In this document: positions 18,211-28,390 of the stretch, piece after piece
How positions within the stretch are numbered: the first letter of the stretch is position 1
How the letters are laid out: every line of letters starts with the position of its first letter
From: a virus
IMG/VR virus record: IMGVR_UViG_3300020159_001521
Location: 32,001 to 96,000 of that record
Length of the DNA stretch: 64,000 nt
Reading direction: 5' to 3' (one strand)
Program-made: the position numbers and the translations under genes
Notes under the pieces: generated by a model
What the model was told of the DNA's origin: nothing
Seen by the model: only the letters and a program-made list of their open reading frames with translations
The model's database searches: none

Positions 18211-20170
18211 AAAGGTTATATGTTACGACATAGAAACAATGAAAGAGTTCTTTCTTGTTGTTGTCTACAATCCCCAGAAGGATTCTTATTATGAGTTTAG
18301 AATAAACAGGTGGAGAAATGACCTCGATAAATTTATCAGATTCACAGAGCAGCACAGTGACTTCTATTGGGTGGGTTACAACAATCTCAGATTTGACAGC
18401 CAAGTGGTTGAATGGATCCTCAGGAATTATGAAGAGTGGCACATTCTATCTAAACTGGATATATGTGCCAGAATAGCTCAGAAAGCTGCTGACATCATCC
18501 ATGATGCAAATTATGATGTGTTTCCTGATTATAGAGAATCTGATCTCAGTCTTAAACAAATAGACCTTTTCAGAATACACCACTTCGATAATAAGAACAG
18601 AAGAGTGAGCCTAAAAAGACTTGAGTTTGAGATGGATCTTGAGAACATTGAAGAGATGCCTGTTCATCATAGCAAGGAGAATCTAAATGGTGATGATATC
18701 AAAACTACAGTGGATTACTGTTATAATGATGTAGATGCCACTTATCAATTCTATCTTGTCACTATAGGTGAAACAGACCATCCTCTATACAAAGGAAACA
18801 ACCAAATAGAACTCAGGAAAGACATTGAGCAAGAATTTGATATTCCCTGTTTAAACTATTCAGACAGTAAGATTGGGGATGAGATGATTAAGAAGTATTA
18901 TTGTGAAGAGAAGGATATACAATATGCTGCTCTTCCCAAGAAAGGAACATTCTCTAAGGTGCCTGTAAAAAAGTGTATTGCTGATTATGTGACATTTCAA
19001 ACAGATGAGCTAAAGCAGTTCCTTGATAAGATTAAGAAGATAACGCTAGAAATCCAGGATGATTTTAAAGAGGAGATACATTTCTACGGTAATGCATATT
19101 CATTCATGAAAGGTGGATTACACACAGAAAACAAGCCTGAAGTGTTTGAAGCTGATGATGAATATGAAATAATAGATTGGGACGTATCGAGTTACTATCC
19201 TGCCATCATCATCAACAATGGTCGTTATCCAAGGCATTTGGGTAAAGAGTTTCTATCTGGATACAAACGTATGTTTGAGAAGAGATTGGAACTCAAGCCT
19301 TTAGCTAAGAAGGATAAGCGTATAAAAGGTATTGTAGGTGCTCTAAAGCTTGCTGTAAACTCTGTTTACGGTAAGAGCTCAGACATGCAAAACTGGATAT
19401 ATGATAGGCAATTGACAATGTTCACCACTATTACAGGTGAATTATCATTGATGATGCTTATTGAGGCTTATGAACTCAGGGGTATACATGTAATTAGTGC
19501 TAACACAGATGGTGTTACAATCATGATTAAGAAAGACTTGATCTCCACTATGCATGAAATTAATGAGTGGTGGATGAATCTGACAAAATATGAACTGGAA
19601 CGCACTGATTATCAGAAGATTATATTTAGCACAGTTAATGACTACTTAGCAATTAAAACAGATGGAGAAATTAAGAAGAAGGGAGATTTCCTCACAGATT
19701 TTGAGCTTCATAAAAACAAGTCTGCTCGCATTGTGCCTATTGCTCTTGAGGCTTATTATGTACATAATGTTCCTATTGATACTACTATCTGCAATCATAG
19801 TAATATCTTTGATTTTTGTTTACGACAAAAGTCTAGCAAAGATTTTCACTACGAAGGTTGGAACAGAGCAAGAGGAGAAAAAACCATCTACAACAAGCTA
19901 ATTAGGTATTATGTCAGTAATACAGGAGAGAAGCTTCTTAAGGTCAAGAACCCTGAATGTACAACAAATGCTGTTGATGTAGCACAAGTTGAGGCAGGTG
20001 AATGGGTTTGTACAGTTTGTAACTTCCTCAGTAAGAAAACAGATGTAGCTACAGCAGGAATTAACCATCAGTATTACATAGAGAAAGCTGAACGTATTAT
20101 ACATAAGATACAATATCAGGGTAAGAAACGTAAAGTGGTTGTAAATCCAAATCAACTAAGTCTGTTCTAA
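18197..20170 (+). CDS. polB: DNA polymerase, family B
   Basis: ExoI YDIET, ExoII GYNNLRFD, motif A DVSSYYP, motif B KLAVNSVYGK, motif C NTDG. Confidence 0.95.
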   Translation: MEKCEKVICYDIETMKEFFLVVVYNPQKDSYYEFRINRWRNDLDKFIRFTEQHSDFYWVGYNNLRFDSQVVEWILRNYEEWHILSKLDICARIAQKAADIIHDANYDVFPDYRESDLSLKQIDLFRIHHFDNKNRRVSLKRLEFEMDLENIEEMPVHHSKENLNGDDIKTTVDYCYNDVDATYQFYLVTIGETDHPLYKGNNQIELRKDIEQEFDIPCLNYSDSKIGDEMIKKYYCEEKDIQYAALPKKGTFSKVPVKKCIADYVTFQTDELKQFLDKIKKITLEIQDDFKEEIHFYGNAYSFMKGGLHTENKPEVFEADDEYEIIDWDVSSYYPAIIINNGRYPRHLGKEFLSGYKRMFEKRLELKPLAKKDKRIKGIVGALKLAVNSVYGKSSDMQNWIYDRQLTMFTTITGELSLMMLIEAYELRGIHVISANTDGVTIMIKKDLISTMHEINEWWMNLTKYELERTDYQKIIFSTVNDYLAIKTDGEIKKKGDFLTDFELHKNKSARIVPIALEAYYVHNVPIDTTICNHSNIFDFCLRQKSSKDFHYEGWNRARGEKTIYNKLIRYYVSNTGEKLLKVKNPECTTNAVDVAQVEAGEWVCTVCNFLSKKTDVATAGINHQYYIEKAERIIHKIQYQGKKRKVVVNPNQLSLF

Positions 20171-20221
20171 CTTGTTATAAAAAGGACAAAATGCTTATAT
20201 TTGTTCTTTATAATACAAGTT

Positions 20222-20530
20222 ATGGAAAAAGTAAACAGAAAGAACCTTACAGAACATTTAGTTAGATATCAACTGGAAATGGTTGGTAGGACATGGGAAG
20301 ATGCTCTTGCTGATGAGCAATGGTATTATAACATCACCATGACAAAAGAACAATTCGATGAGTTCATGGTGTATGCGCTTCCTCTAGTTAAGAAAATACT
20401 GAAATGTAACAAGTCACGAGCTGAAAAAACATTAGCGTGGTTCAATTTACAATTTGGACTACGTATATACCCATGTCCTTTTGAGCTTAATTCAAAACCA
20501 ATAAATGATGTTGATAAGACGGACAGTTAG
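20222..20530 (+). CDS. Hypothetical protein
   Basis: ATG 20222 after TATATTTG promoter box at 20196-20203. Confidence 0.8.
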   Translation: MEKVNRKNLTEHLVRYQLEMVGRTWEDALADEQWYYNITMTKEQFDEFMVYALPLVKKILKCNKSRAEKTLAWFNLQFGLRIYPCPFELNSKPINDVDKTDS

Positions 20531-20876
20531 AAAGATTAAGAATATTGTAAGATGGATCCCAATTCTCTGGCATGATGAGGATTGGGATTATTTTTACATC
20601 TATAATCTACTTCAGAACAAGTTGTTACATGTTAAGAAGCACATAGTAGAACAGAACAGTCATTTAGACAGCAAACATGTAGCATCTAGAATTCAGACAG
20701 CTATCGACCTGATAGACAAGGTTAAAACGGAATATTACATAGATGATTTTATTGAAAAAAGGGAAATAGGAAGTCTTAGAGATGAAGAGCTAATGAAAGC
20801 CTTCAGAAAGCATGACAAAGCTAAGAAAGTGTTATTTCAATTTTTAAGTCACAATCTCCACCACTGGTGGGAGTAA
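20505..20876 (+). CDS. Conserved phage protein
   Basis: W.PILW.D.DWDY...WW motif. Confidence 0.8.
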   Translation: MMLIRRTVRKIKNIVRWIPILWHDEDWDYFYIYNLLQNKLLHVKKHIVEQNSHLDSKHVASRIQTAIDLIDKVKTEYYIDDFIEKREIGSLRDEELMKAFRKHDKAKKVLFQFLSHNLHHWWE

Positions 20877-20889
20877 AAAAACAAATTTT

Positions 20890-21444
20890 ATGGGAGCAAG
20901 TTGGTTTAGGACTCAGTCCACAGGTAAAGACATTAAAGATGCTTACAACAAAGCTGTAGAGCGTGCTGATGATGAATATGGTCATCAAGAAGGATATAGC
21001 GGACAGATTAACTGTTCTTCAGGATTTAGAGATGTTACAAAGGAGTTTAAAGCTAGCAAGAAGAGCATGTCTCAGTTCATGGATGAAGCTGCAGACAAGC
21101 TCAGTAAACATCAAGGAGCACAGGCTATTTGCATCGAGGAGCCTAAAGGTAATGACAACAAGGTGAAGAGTCAAGTGGAGCATGTTGTCACTCCTGGTAC
21201 AAAGAAGTGGGTTCTTACATACATTGTCTATTGTGGAAGTGATAGGATTGCTAGTGCTTTAACAAAAGGAGATGCTGTTAAACGTGCTCGTGATTATTCA
21301 GAGAAGCACCAGTGCACCACTTGGATTAAAATGGAAAGAAGGCTTGAAAAAGACGCTCATGCTCTTGTAGCTAAAGTGACATATAAGAAATCATCTACAG
21401 AAAAAGAGGGTAAGTGGATATTCTTTGGTTGGGCTTCATATTAA
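20890..21444 (+). CDS. Conserved phage protein
   Basis: MGA...EYGHQEGYSG...W.FFGWAS. Confidence 0.85.
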   Translation: MGASWFRTQSTGKDIKDAYNKAVERADDEYGHQEGYSGQINCSSGFRDVTKEFKASKKSMSQFMDEAADKLSKHQGAQAICIEEPKGNDNKVKSQVEHVVTPGTKKWVLTYIVYCGSDRIASALTKGDAVKRARDYSEKHQCTTWIKMERRLEKDAHALVAKVTYKKSSTEKEGKWIFFGWASY

Positions 21445-21455
21445 AAACTTTATCT

Positions 21456-21731
21456 ATGATTTTTGAAGATTTTGAGAGGGAGCATATCAAAGAAATGATA
21501 TATTTGCAGGAGGAACAAGACATTATAGAAGCAGAAATTAAAGTGGTGACAAATGAATTTGAAGATAACGTTCAAGAAATACGAGAAATTAGTCCAGCGA
21601 GGATTTACGTTGGATATGATTTTCCTCCTGAAGCTAATTCAAGAGGATTTCGATGTGTGCCTTCTTTGCTCAGAAACTCCAAAACTATCTCTACTCTGTC
21701 AAACGATTCTCAGGAAACAGCTAATCACTGA
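21456..21731 (+). CDS. Hypothetical protein
   Basis: Fills the gap but overlaps the next gene by about 180 nt. Confidence 0.45.
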   Translation: MIFEDFEREHIKEMIYLQEEQDIIEAEIKVVTNEFEDNVQEIREISPARIYVGYDFPPEANSRGFRCVPSLLRNSKTISTLSNDSQETANH

Positions 21732-22179
21732 GAATTACAAACTCACAATAGAAGGCAAGGAACTCCTTGCCTTTTTTGACACTCCTACAAGAGAAACTAT
21801 TGTAAGGGTTAGACCTGCAGATGATTTGTTTGAAGCTTGGTGGAAACTCTATCCAGGCACTGACACATTCACACATGCTGGTGTAAGCTTTACAGGCTCT
21901 AGAGGACTAAGAGTGTACAAAGAGGAATGTAAGATTAAGTTTGACAAAATCCTTGGAGAAGGAGAACATACAGCTAATGATTTAATAGAAGCTTTGAATT
22001 TTGATGTACTGCAGAAGAAAGAGAACTCTGTCAAATTGAAGACAAATAAGATGACATATATGCAGAACTCTCTAACCTATCTGAACCAACGTACATTTGA
22101 ACCATTTATAGAATTAATTAAAGAAGGAGTTAAGATTGAACAACAATCTAGCGCTCCTTCAGGAGGTGTAGACATATGA
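21553..22179 (+). CDS. Putative replication initiator / helicase loader
   Basis: FEAWWKLYP...YMQNSLTYLNQRTFE, replisome-organiser-like C-terminus; adjacent to DnaB. Confidence 0.6.
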   Translation: MNLKITFKKYEKLVQRGFTLDMIFLLKLIQEDFDVCLLCSETPKLSLLCQTILRKQLITENYKLTIEGKELLAFFDTPTRETIVRVRPADDLFEAWWKLYPGTDTFTHAGVSFTGSRGLRVYKEECKIKFDKILGEGEHTANDLIEALNFDVLQKKENSVKLKTNKMTYMQNSLTYLNQRTFEPFIELIKEGVKIEQQSSAPSGGVDI

Positions 22180-23237
22180 GTTTTGAACAACTGAGAGCTG
22201 AAGTGGAAGCTGGTCTTATTGAAGGGAACAATGGCATACCTATGGGATTTAATAGACTGAATAAATACATTGGTATCAGGAAGTCTATGTATTTTCTTGT
22301 GGGTGGTTTAACAGGCTCAGGTAAAACATCGTTTATTGATGATGCGTTTGTACTCAATCCTTTTGATTGGTATGTTACGCAGAAAGACCCAAAGGTTAAA
22401 CTGAAGATTATATATCGTTCTATGGAGCGTAGTAGGACGTATAAGCTTGCCAAATGGGTAAGTAGAAAAATCTTCCTTGACCATGGATATGTAATTCCTG
22501 TAAGCAAGCTATTGGGCTGGACAGAGAAAATGACAAGTGATGAACATGATATGTTCCTTATGTATGAAGATTACATAAATAGAATGAATGATGTAATTAC
22601 AATCATTGATGGCCCAGAGAATGCTGTAGGTATAGCCAAGGAATTACGAGCACATGCATTAAATAATGGGCGTATTGAGCAGATTGATGAATTTAATAAG
22701 CGCTACATTCCTAACAATGAGAATGAGGTGACAATTGTAATCATCGATCACATTGGTTTATTGAAGACAACAAAAGACCAATCTACTAAAAAGGAAGCTA
22801 TTGACAAGATGAGTGATGAACTCAGGTTTGCCAGAGATTTCTACGGGTACACTCCAGTGGTTGTTAGTCAGTTTAACAGATCCATATCTAACATTGTGAG
22901 ACTTAAGAATGGTGATGTAGAGCCTCAATTGGAAGATTTTGCAGAATCATCCAGCACACAAAATGATGCTGATGTTGTTCTTGCATTATTTGACCCTATG
23001 AGGTATAAGGTGGCAGACACTTCTGGATATGAACTAGAAAGACTTAGAGATCAATTTGGTGCTAAGTATTTTAGGAGCTTGAGGCTTATTAAGAATTCCT
23101 ATGGAGAAGATGATGTAAGGCTAGGTCTTGCGTTCTTTGGTTCTATAGGAATGTTCAAAGAGCTTCCTAAAAGGAAGGATATGACAGATGCGATTTATGA
23201 TTCGATTTTACAAAAGTCTTTTTTCTTAAACAAGTGA
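22176..23237 (+). CDS. DnaB-like replicative helicase
   Basis: GGLTGSGKT, SME, IIDHIGL, VSQFNR, QNDADVVL. Confidence 0.92.
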   Translation: MSFEQLRAEVEAGLIEGNNGIPMGFNRLNKYIGIRKSMYFLVGGLTGSGKTSFIDDAFVLNPFDWYVTQKDPKVKLKIIYRSMERSRTYKLAKWVSRKIFLDHGYVIPVSKLLGWTEKMTSDEHDMFLMYEDYINRMNDVITIIDGPENAVGIAKELRAHALNNGRIEQIDEFNKRYIPNNENEVTIVIIDHIGLLKTTKDQSTKKEAIDKMSDELRFARDFYGYTPVVVSQFNRSISNIVRLKNGDVEPQLEDFAESSSTQNDADVVLALFDPMRYKVADTSGYELERLRDQFGAKYFRSLRLIKNSYGEDDVRLGLAFFGSIGMFKELPKRKDMTDAIYDSILQKSFFLNK

Positions 23238-23238
23238 C

Positions 23239-23427
23239 ATGAAAATTAAACTACTAACAACAAACACACTACCCAGCAATAGAGACAAGTTTTGGCAATT
23301 TGTAACAGTTCCTACAATAAGTGTATATAGGAGTTTCTGTAAAGAGAATCCATATACATCATTTATGTTTGAGCTGTTCTTTTGGTCATTTGTTGTCCTC
23401 ATTAGCAAAAACAACGGTGATGACTAA
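23239..23427 (+). CDS. Hypothetical protein
   Basis: 62 aa packed in operon. Confidence 0.65.
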   Translation: MKIKLLTTNTLPSNRDKFWQFVTVPTISVYRSFCKENPYTSFMFELFFWSFVVLISKNNGDD

Positions 23428-23668
23428 AAGCGAGTATATACACAGGAGAATAAACAATGACATAAACATTGTCTACGAGTATTATTTGGAAAAGTTTGAT
23501 AAGAACAGACATAAAGGGAACATATTAGGAATACAGGAATTCTTCATATATCTAAATATGTGGGGAGATATAAATCAGATATTTGAACGCATAAGGTCAC
23601 ATTACGACCAGAAGTTTAGTATTGTAATACTGTCTGATAAGAATAACAACATATTAGGATATTTATGA
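23420..23668 (+). CDS. Hypothetical protein
   Basis: ATG 23420; overlaps both neighbours. Confidence 0.7.
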   Translation: MTKSEYIHRRINNDINIVYEYYLEKFDKNRHKGNILGIQEFFIYLNMWGDINQIFERIRSHYDQKFSIVILSDKNNNILGYL

Positions 23669-24744
23669 CACTAAGAGATAAAAGACAAGCTGAGTTTGCC
23701 AAACAATGGATTGATAAAGGTAAGTTTGGTATTCTCAATCTGTGTCCAAGGTTTGGTAAGATTCGCACTACAATTAACATCCTGAAGAAATATCGCAAAC
23801 ATGCTACAGTGTTGATAGCCTATCCAGATAACAAGATTAAAGACTCCTGGATAGCAGACTTTGAGACTATGGGATATAACAATCCTAACATCACATACAC
23901 AACACATCTGTCTATAAAGAAGTATACAGACTACCAGTTTGATCTTGTTGTTATTGATGAGATACATTTGTTATCAGAAGCTCAAATAGAAACTTGTAAG
24001 TTACTACTTGAGAGTAATAGGCAAGTGTTAGGATTGACAGGAACACTCTCTAGATCTACAGAATCTACATTGTACAATGAGCTCGATATGAAAGTGATGG
24101 CTTCCTATCCCATCGAGACAGCGATTAAAGAAGGTGTAATTGTTGATTATGAAATCACTGTTGTAAAGGTGCCTCTAGACAATGTTGTAGTTAATGACTA
24201 CAAGGGTAAGAAAAGAACAGAGAAGAAACAGTTTGACAGTTACGGATGGGTGATAGATCAATTGGAAAGACAGGGTAAGAGCACAATGTTCTTACGTCTG
24301 GCAAGAATGAGAATCATCCAGAACAGTCTTGCTAAATTAGAACGCACAAAGAGAATATTAGAAAACTTCAAGCATGAACGTATTCTTGTATTCTGTGGTG
24401 TAACTAAAATAGCTGACTCTTTAGGAATTTCTTCCTATCATAGTAAGTCAGGTGAGAAACAAATGTTTACAGACTTTGCATCAGGAGAAGGTAATCATAT
24501 GGCTGTAGTGAAGATTGGTAACACGGGTGTTACGTATAAACCACTTAACAAAGTGATTATCAATTATTTTGACAGTAATGGTGAAAACCTTGCTCAGAAG
24601 ATTAACAGATGTATGGCAATGGAGTATGATAATCCAGACAAGAAAGCAAACATTTACATCATTAGTAGTGATGAGGATGTAGAACTCAGATGGCTTAAAA
24701 AAGCATTAGAATTCTTTGATAAATCCAAAATTAAGTATATTTAA
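23665..24744 (+). CDS. SF2 (DEAD/DEXH-like) helicase
   Basis: PRFGKI (degenerate Walker A), VIDEIH, GLTGT, QKINR. Confidence 0.88.
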   Translation: MTLRDKRQAEFAKQWIDKGKFGILNLCPRFGKIRTTINILKKYRKHATVLIAYPDNKIKDSWIADFETMGYNNPNITYTTHLSIKKYTDYQFDLVVIDEIHLLSEAQIETCKLLLESNRQVLGLTGTLSRSTESTLYNELDMKVMASYPIETAIKEGVIVDYEITVVKVPLDNVVVNDYKGKKRTEKKQFDSYGWVIDQLERQGKSTMFLRLARMRIIQNSLAKLERTKRILENFKHERILVFCGVTKIADSLGISSYHSKSGEKQMFTDFASGEGNHMAVVKIGNTGVTYKPLNKVIINYFDSNGENLAQKINRCMAMEYDNPDKKANIYIISSDEDVELRWLKKALEFFDKSKIKYI

Positions 24745-24794
24745 TTCAAAGAATTCTTCGTATCTTTATACACTAACTAAATCAATATTTGAAC

Positions 24795-25466
24795 ATGGCA
24801 AGCAAATTAATCGGGATTGTTGGTGCTACAGGAACTGGTAAATCAACCAGTGTTAAGCACTTAGATCCAAAAGAAACCTACATCATCAATGTAGCTAAGA
24901 AGGAACTCCCTTTCAAAGGCTCAGAGAAGTTGTATAACGCAGAAAACAGAAACTACAAGGAAGTGGATGATGCAAATGAAATCACCAGGCTCCTTAAGAC
25001 AATTTCAGAAAAAGCTCCTCACATCAAGAACATCATTATCGAGGACAGTAATTACATTATGGGCTTTAACATTGTATCTAAAGCTACAGAGGTGGGTTAC
25101 ACAAAGTTTAGCTTAATGGCTAAAGATATGGTGGAACTTATGAGAGAAGCTCGTAAACTCCGTGATGACATAAAAGTGTTCTATTTCTCACATCCTGAAA
25201 CTATTGAAGATGGTGGTGATATCATAGGATATAAAATTAAGACAGCTGGTAAGTTAATTGACAATCAAGTGTTGTTGGAAGGACTGTTGACAGTGTGTTT
25301 ATACACATATGTTGAAGAAAACAAAGATGGTTCTACAAGCTACAGTTTTGTGACTAACAGGTTCAAGAAGTTTCCTGCAAAGAGTCCAGATGGTATGTTT
25401 GATGAAATCAAGATTCCAAACGACCTGAGTTATGTATGTAAAAAGTTAGACGAATATTATAATTAA
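24795..25466 (+). CDS. AAA_24 / Sak4-like ATPase
   Basis: GATGTGKST, IIIEDS, C-terminal AKSP.GMF...IPNDL. Confidence 0.88.
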   Translation: MASKLIGIVGATGTGKSTSVKHLDPKETYIINVAKKELPFKGSEKLYNAENRNYKEVDDANEITRLLKTISEKAPHIKNIIIEDSNYIMGFNIVSKATEVGYTKFSLMAKDMVELMREARKLRDDIKVFYFSHPETIEDGGDIIGYKIKTAGKLIDNQVLLEGLLTVCLYTYVEENKDGSTSYSFVTNRFKKFPAKSPDGMFDEIKIPNDLSYVCKKLDEYYN

Positions 25467-25485
25467 TAATTAAAACAAGAAAACA

Positions 25486-26355
25486 ATGAGTAACATTGGC
25501 GGTAAAAAACGTGAAAGCGTACAACAGACAGATTATGCAAAGAAGGTGGGATTGTTTGAGGCTAAAGTGATAGCCATCAATCCTGATGCTGAAGAGTACA
25601 AAGAGACACTTGGTGTTGAACTTAAAGAAGACAGCAAGGCGCTTGAGTATCTTGGTGAAAGCAGAGATGGTAACAAAACTTTGAGAGTTGACTTCTGGTT
25701 AGAAGAATCTAAGAAGAAGGATAAGTTTAAAGTGACATTCTTCCTTGAGAACAAAGAGAAGGTTAATAAGGACGGTACAAAGAAACAATACATTAACAAT
25801 GTAGGAACTTGTTCTTGGGCTTCTGATGCTAATGACCTTCCTGAATGGTTTGCTAAGAGGGAATATCGTGTAGCATTCGTAGGAGAAGATGAGCTGTATA
25901 CATTCTTACAAACATGGTTGGGTAATCTTGACTATCGTGATGTAGAAACAACATTACAACTTGACTGGAAATCTCTTATGAAGGGAAATCTTAAAGACAT
26001 CAAATCTCAGATTGATGGAGAATATTCTGTAAACATACTTGCTCTTGCCACTGTTAAAAGTGTAGAGAAAGATGGTGAATTCAAAGAGTATCAGGGTGTT
26101 TACAATAAAGCATTCCTTCCTGCATATGAAATTAAGCAGTTTAGGCTTGTAGATTATTCGAAGTCTGATGTTATTACATCACTTAGGAACAAGAAGAGCA
26201 AAGATCTCAAACGTTATGAGAGGTTTGTTCTCAATGTTACAGGTGAATATGGTTGTAAAGATTTCTATGTTCTGAAGGACTTGAAAGAATACAGTGCAGA
26301 GGATAACATTGTTTCTTCTGATGCTGTTATTTCTGATGAGGATGCCTCCTACTAG
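25486..26355 (+). CDS. Putative ssDNA-binding protein (crAss-type)
   Basis: VG...KVIAINP N-terminus, acidic tail, follows Sak4-like ATPase. Confidence 0.65.
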   Translation: MSNIGGKKRESVQQTDYAKKVGLFEAKVIAINPDAEEYKETLGVELKEDSKALEYLGESRDGNKTLRVDFWLEESKKKDKFKVTFFLENKEKVNKDGTKKQYINNVGTCSWASDANDLPEWFAKREYRVAFVGEDELYTFLQTWLGNLDYRDVETTLQLDWKSLMKGNLKDIKSQIDGEYSVNILALATVKSVEKDGEFKEYQGVYNKAFLPAYEIKQFRLVDYSKSDVITSLRNKKSKDLKRYERFVLNVTGEYGCKDFYVLKDLKEYSAEDNIVSSDAVISDEDASY

Positions 26356-26375
26356 ATATTAAGACATGGTGTATA

Positions 26376-26416
26376 AAAACCCCTGTTTGAAATATAGCAG
26401 GGGTTTTTTATATTTG
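26376..26416 (+). terminator. Terminator fused to a -7 promoter box
   Basis: AAAACCCCTG...CAGGGGTTTTT running directly into TATATTTG. Confidence 0.8.
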
Positions 26417-26423
26417 TAACTCT

Positions 26424-27428
26424 ATGATACAAGGTAAAATCAAGACAACTCTAACTCCTGATGCTATACTGAACAAGATTAGTGACTATGACATATTCAT
26501 GTATTACATGCCTGATAAATCATGGAAACTAAATCAAGTGACACTATCTCCCTTTAGAAAGGAGCGCAATCCTTCCTTCTTAATTGGAACAAGAAAAGGG
26601 TATATATCTTTTATAGATTTTGCAGATACAAGCTTACGTGGTGATTGTTTTACGTTTGTAAAACTTCTCTATGGCTATGCCAAACTGGATGATGTTCTTA
26701 GGCTTATTGATAAAGACTTTGATCTTGGTATTACAACAGGAACAAGTTCAGACAAGCATAAAGAAATAACATCACAGTATAAGCAACCAGAGGTTGTTAA
26801 ACGTAACTCTCTTATTCAGGTGGTTACAAGAAAGTTCACAAATAGAGAACTTGAATATTGGAACGAATATCATCAATCTGTAGATGATTTGAGAGAGAAT
26901 AACATTTATGCAATCAAGAAGGTGTATTTGAACAAGAGCTTGTTCTATATGAAGGAAGAGGAGCTAGTATTTGGTTATTTATACGAAGGAGGACATTGGA
27001 AGATATATAGACCATTTGCAGATAAGAAAAGCAAATGGGTGCCTAACTATGTTCCTATTACAGCAATGGACGGTAAAGATGATATTAAGTATTGTAAAAT
27101 GGCTTTCATCAACAAGAGTAAGAAAGACTACATGGTGATGAAAAAAGTGTTTCCAAATAGCTGTGCTGTGCAAAACGAAGGACTTGGATGTTTCTCTACA
27201 GAGAATGTGGAATACATGAAAAGATATTCCGACATACAAATTCTAAGTTTTGATAGTGACATCACTGGTGTTACAAATTCACAACAGATAACAAAGCTAT
27301 TTGATTTTGGCTATTGCAATGTGCCCAAAAAATACCTCAAAGAAGGAATTAAAGACTGGGCTGATTTAGGGAAAGTTCATGGACTAAACGCTATCGAAGA
27401 CTATTTAAAGCAAAAAGAATTGTTATGA
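26424..27428 (+). CDS. DNA primase (crAss-type TOPRIM)
   Basis: SPFRKERNPSF, KSKKD, FDSD.TG, KDWAD. Confidence 0.88.
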   Translation: MIQGKIKTTLTPDAILNKISDYDIFMYYMPDKSWKLNQVTLSPFRKERNPSFLIGTRKGYISFIDFADTSLRGDCFTFVKLLYGYAKLDDVLRLIDKDFDLGITTGTSSDKHKEITSQYKQPEVVKRNSLIQVVTRKFTNRELEYWNEYHQSVDDLRENNIYAIKKVYLNKSLFYMKEEELVFGYLYEGGHWKIYRPFADKKSKWVPNYVPITAMDGKDDIKYCKMAFINKSKKDYMVMKKVFPNSCAVQNEGLGCFSTENVEYMKRYSDIQILSFDSDITGVTNSQQITKLFDFGYCNVPKKYLKEGIKDWADLGKVHGLNAIEDYLKQKELL

Positions 27429-27583
27429 CTTTTGATGAACTAAAAGAATCCATTCAAGAAGAAATAGAATGGTTAGAAACAACTGACAGAGATGTAATAC
27501 AATGTATTAGTATAGAAAATCTGGAAGCTATATTATCAGTGTATTTCAACACAGAAATTAAATTAACAAAAGAAGAAAACTAA
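27425..27583 (+). CDS. Small hypothetical protein (52 aa)
   Basis: MTFDELKESIQEEIEWLE...; ATGA overlap. Confidence 0.6.
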   Translation: MTFDELKESIQEEIEWLETTDRDVIQCISIENLEAILSVYFNTEIKLTKEEN

Positions 27584-27588
27584 TTATT

Positions 27589-28389
27589 ATGAAAGTAGCA
27601 ACTTACACAACAACAAAGAACATATTATTGGATGCTGAAATTCCAGCACAAACACGTACATATAAACCAATTACACACAATCAGTTGATAGACCTCACCA
27701 TGGAGTCTATATATGGAGCAGGATTCACTTTGGATAAAGAACTCTATTCAGCTTCTCCTGATGGTCAAGTGGCTAATGCTAATTTCACTATTAGCAATGT
27801 AGCAGATAAAGAAATGCAATTACAGATTGGTTGGCAGAATAGCTACAATAAGACACTCAGTCTGAAGTTTGCTATTGGTGCAAGTATATTCATTTGTCAA
27901 AATGGTGCTGTACATGGTGACATGGGTTCCTTTAAGAAGAAACACATGGGTGAAGTGCAACAGTTCACTCCCTCTGCTATTACAGAATATATCAAACAAG
28001 CTGGTGATACATTCCAGACAATGCAGAAAGAGCGTGAGGCTATGAAGCAAATTGAAATGAGCAAACGTACACAAGCTGAGCTTGTAGGTAGATTGCTTCT
28101 TGAAGAGCAATTGATTAGCACTATGCAAGTGAATCAAATTGCTGCAGAACTTAGTAAGCCTACATATGACTATGGTGCTCCAGGTAGCTTGTGGGAACTC
28201 TATCAGTTTACAACACAGACAATGAGAGAGACACATCCTAGGTTTTGGATTAATGACCACATGAAAGCTCACAATTTCTTTGTGAACGAAAGTGGCGTAA
28301 TTCTTTCTGCACCTCCTCAGGTGATTAATGTGTACGAAGAGCCAGCAGACACCCCTTTGGGATTTCTTCAACTAGCAATGGAATTTTAA
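27589..28389 (+). CDS. DUF932-like protein
   Basis: TRTYKPITH, NSYNKT.S, FICQNG, KKH, LWELYQ. Confidence 0.8.
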   Translation: MKVATYTTTKNILLDAEIPAQTRTYKPITHNQLIDLTMESIYGAGFTLDKELYSASPDGQVANANFTISNVADKEMQLQIGWQNSYNKTLSLKFAIGASIFICQNGAVHGDMGSFKKKHMGEVQQFTPSAITEYIKQAGDTFQTMQKEREAMKQIEMSKRTQAELVGRLLLEEQLISTMQVNQIAAELSKPTYDYGAPGSLWELYQFTTQTMRETHPRFWINDHMKAHNFFVNESGVILSAPPQVINVYEEPADTPLGFLQLAMEF

Positions 28390-28390
28390 T

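Noticed and set aside
17520-18230. Group I intron in polB
   Set aside because: Only about 60 nt of non-ORF sequence, no recognisable P7 core, and polB is complete downstream
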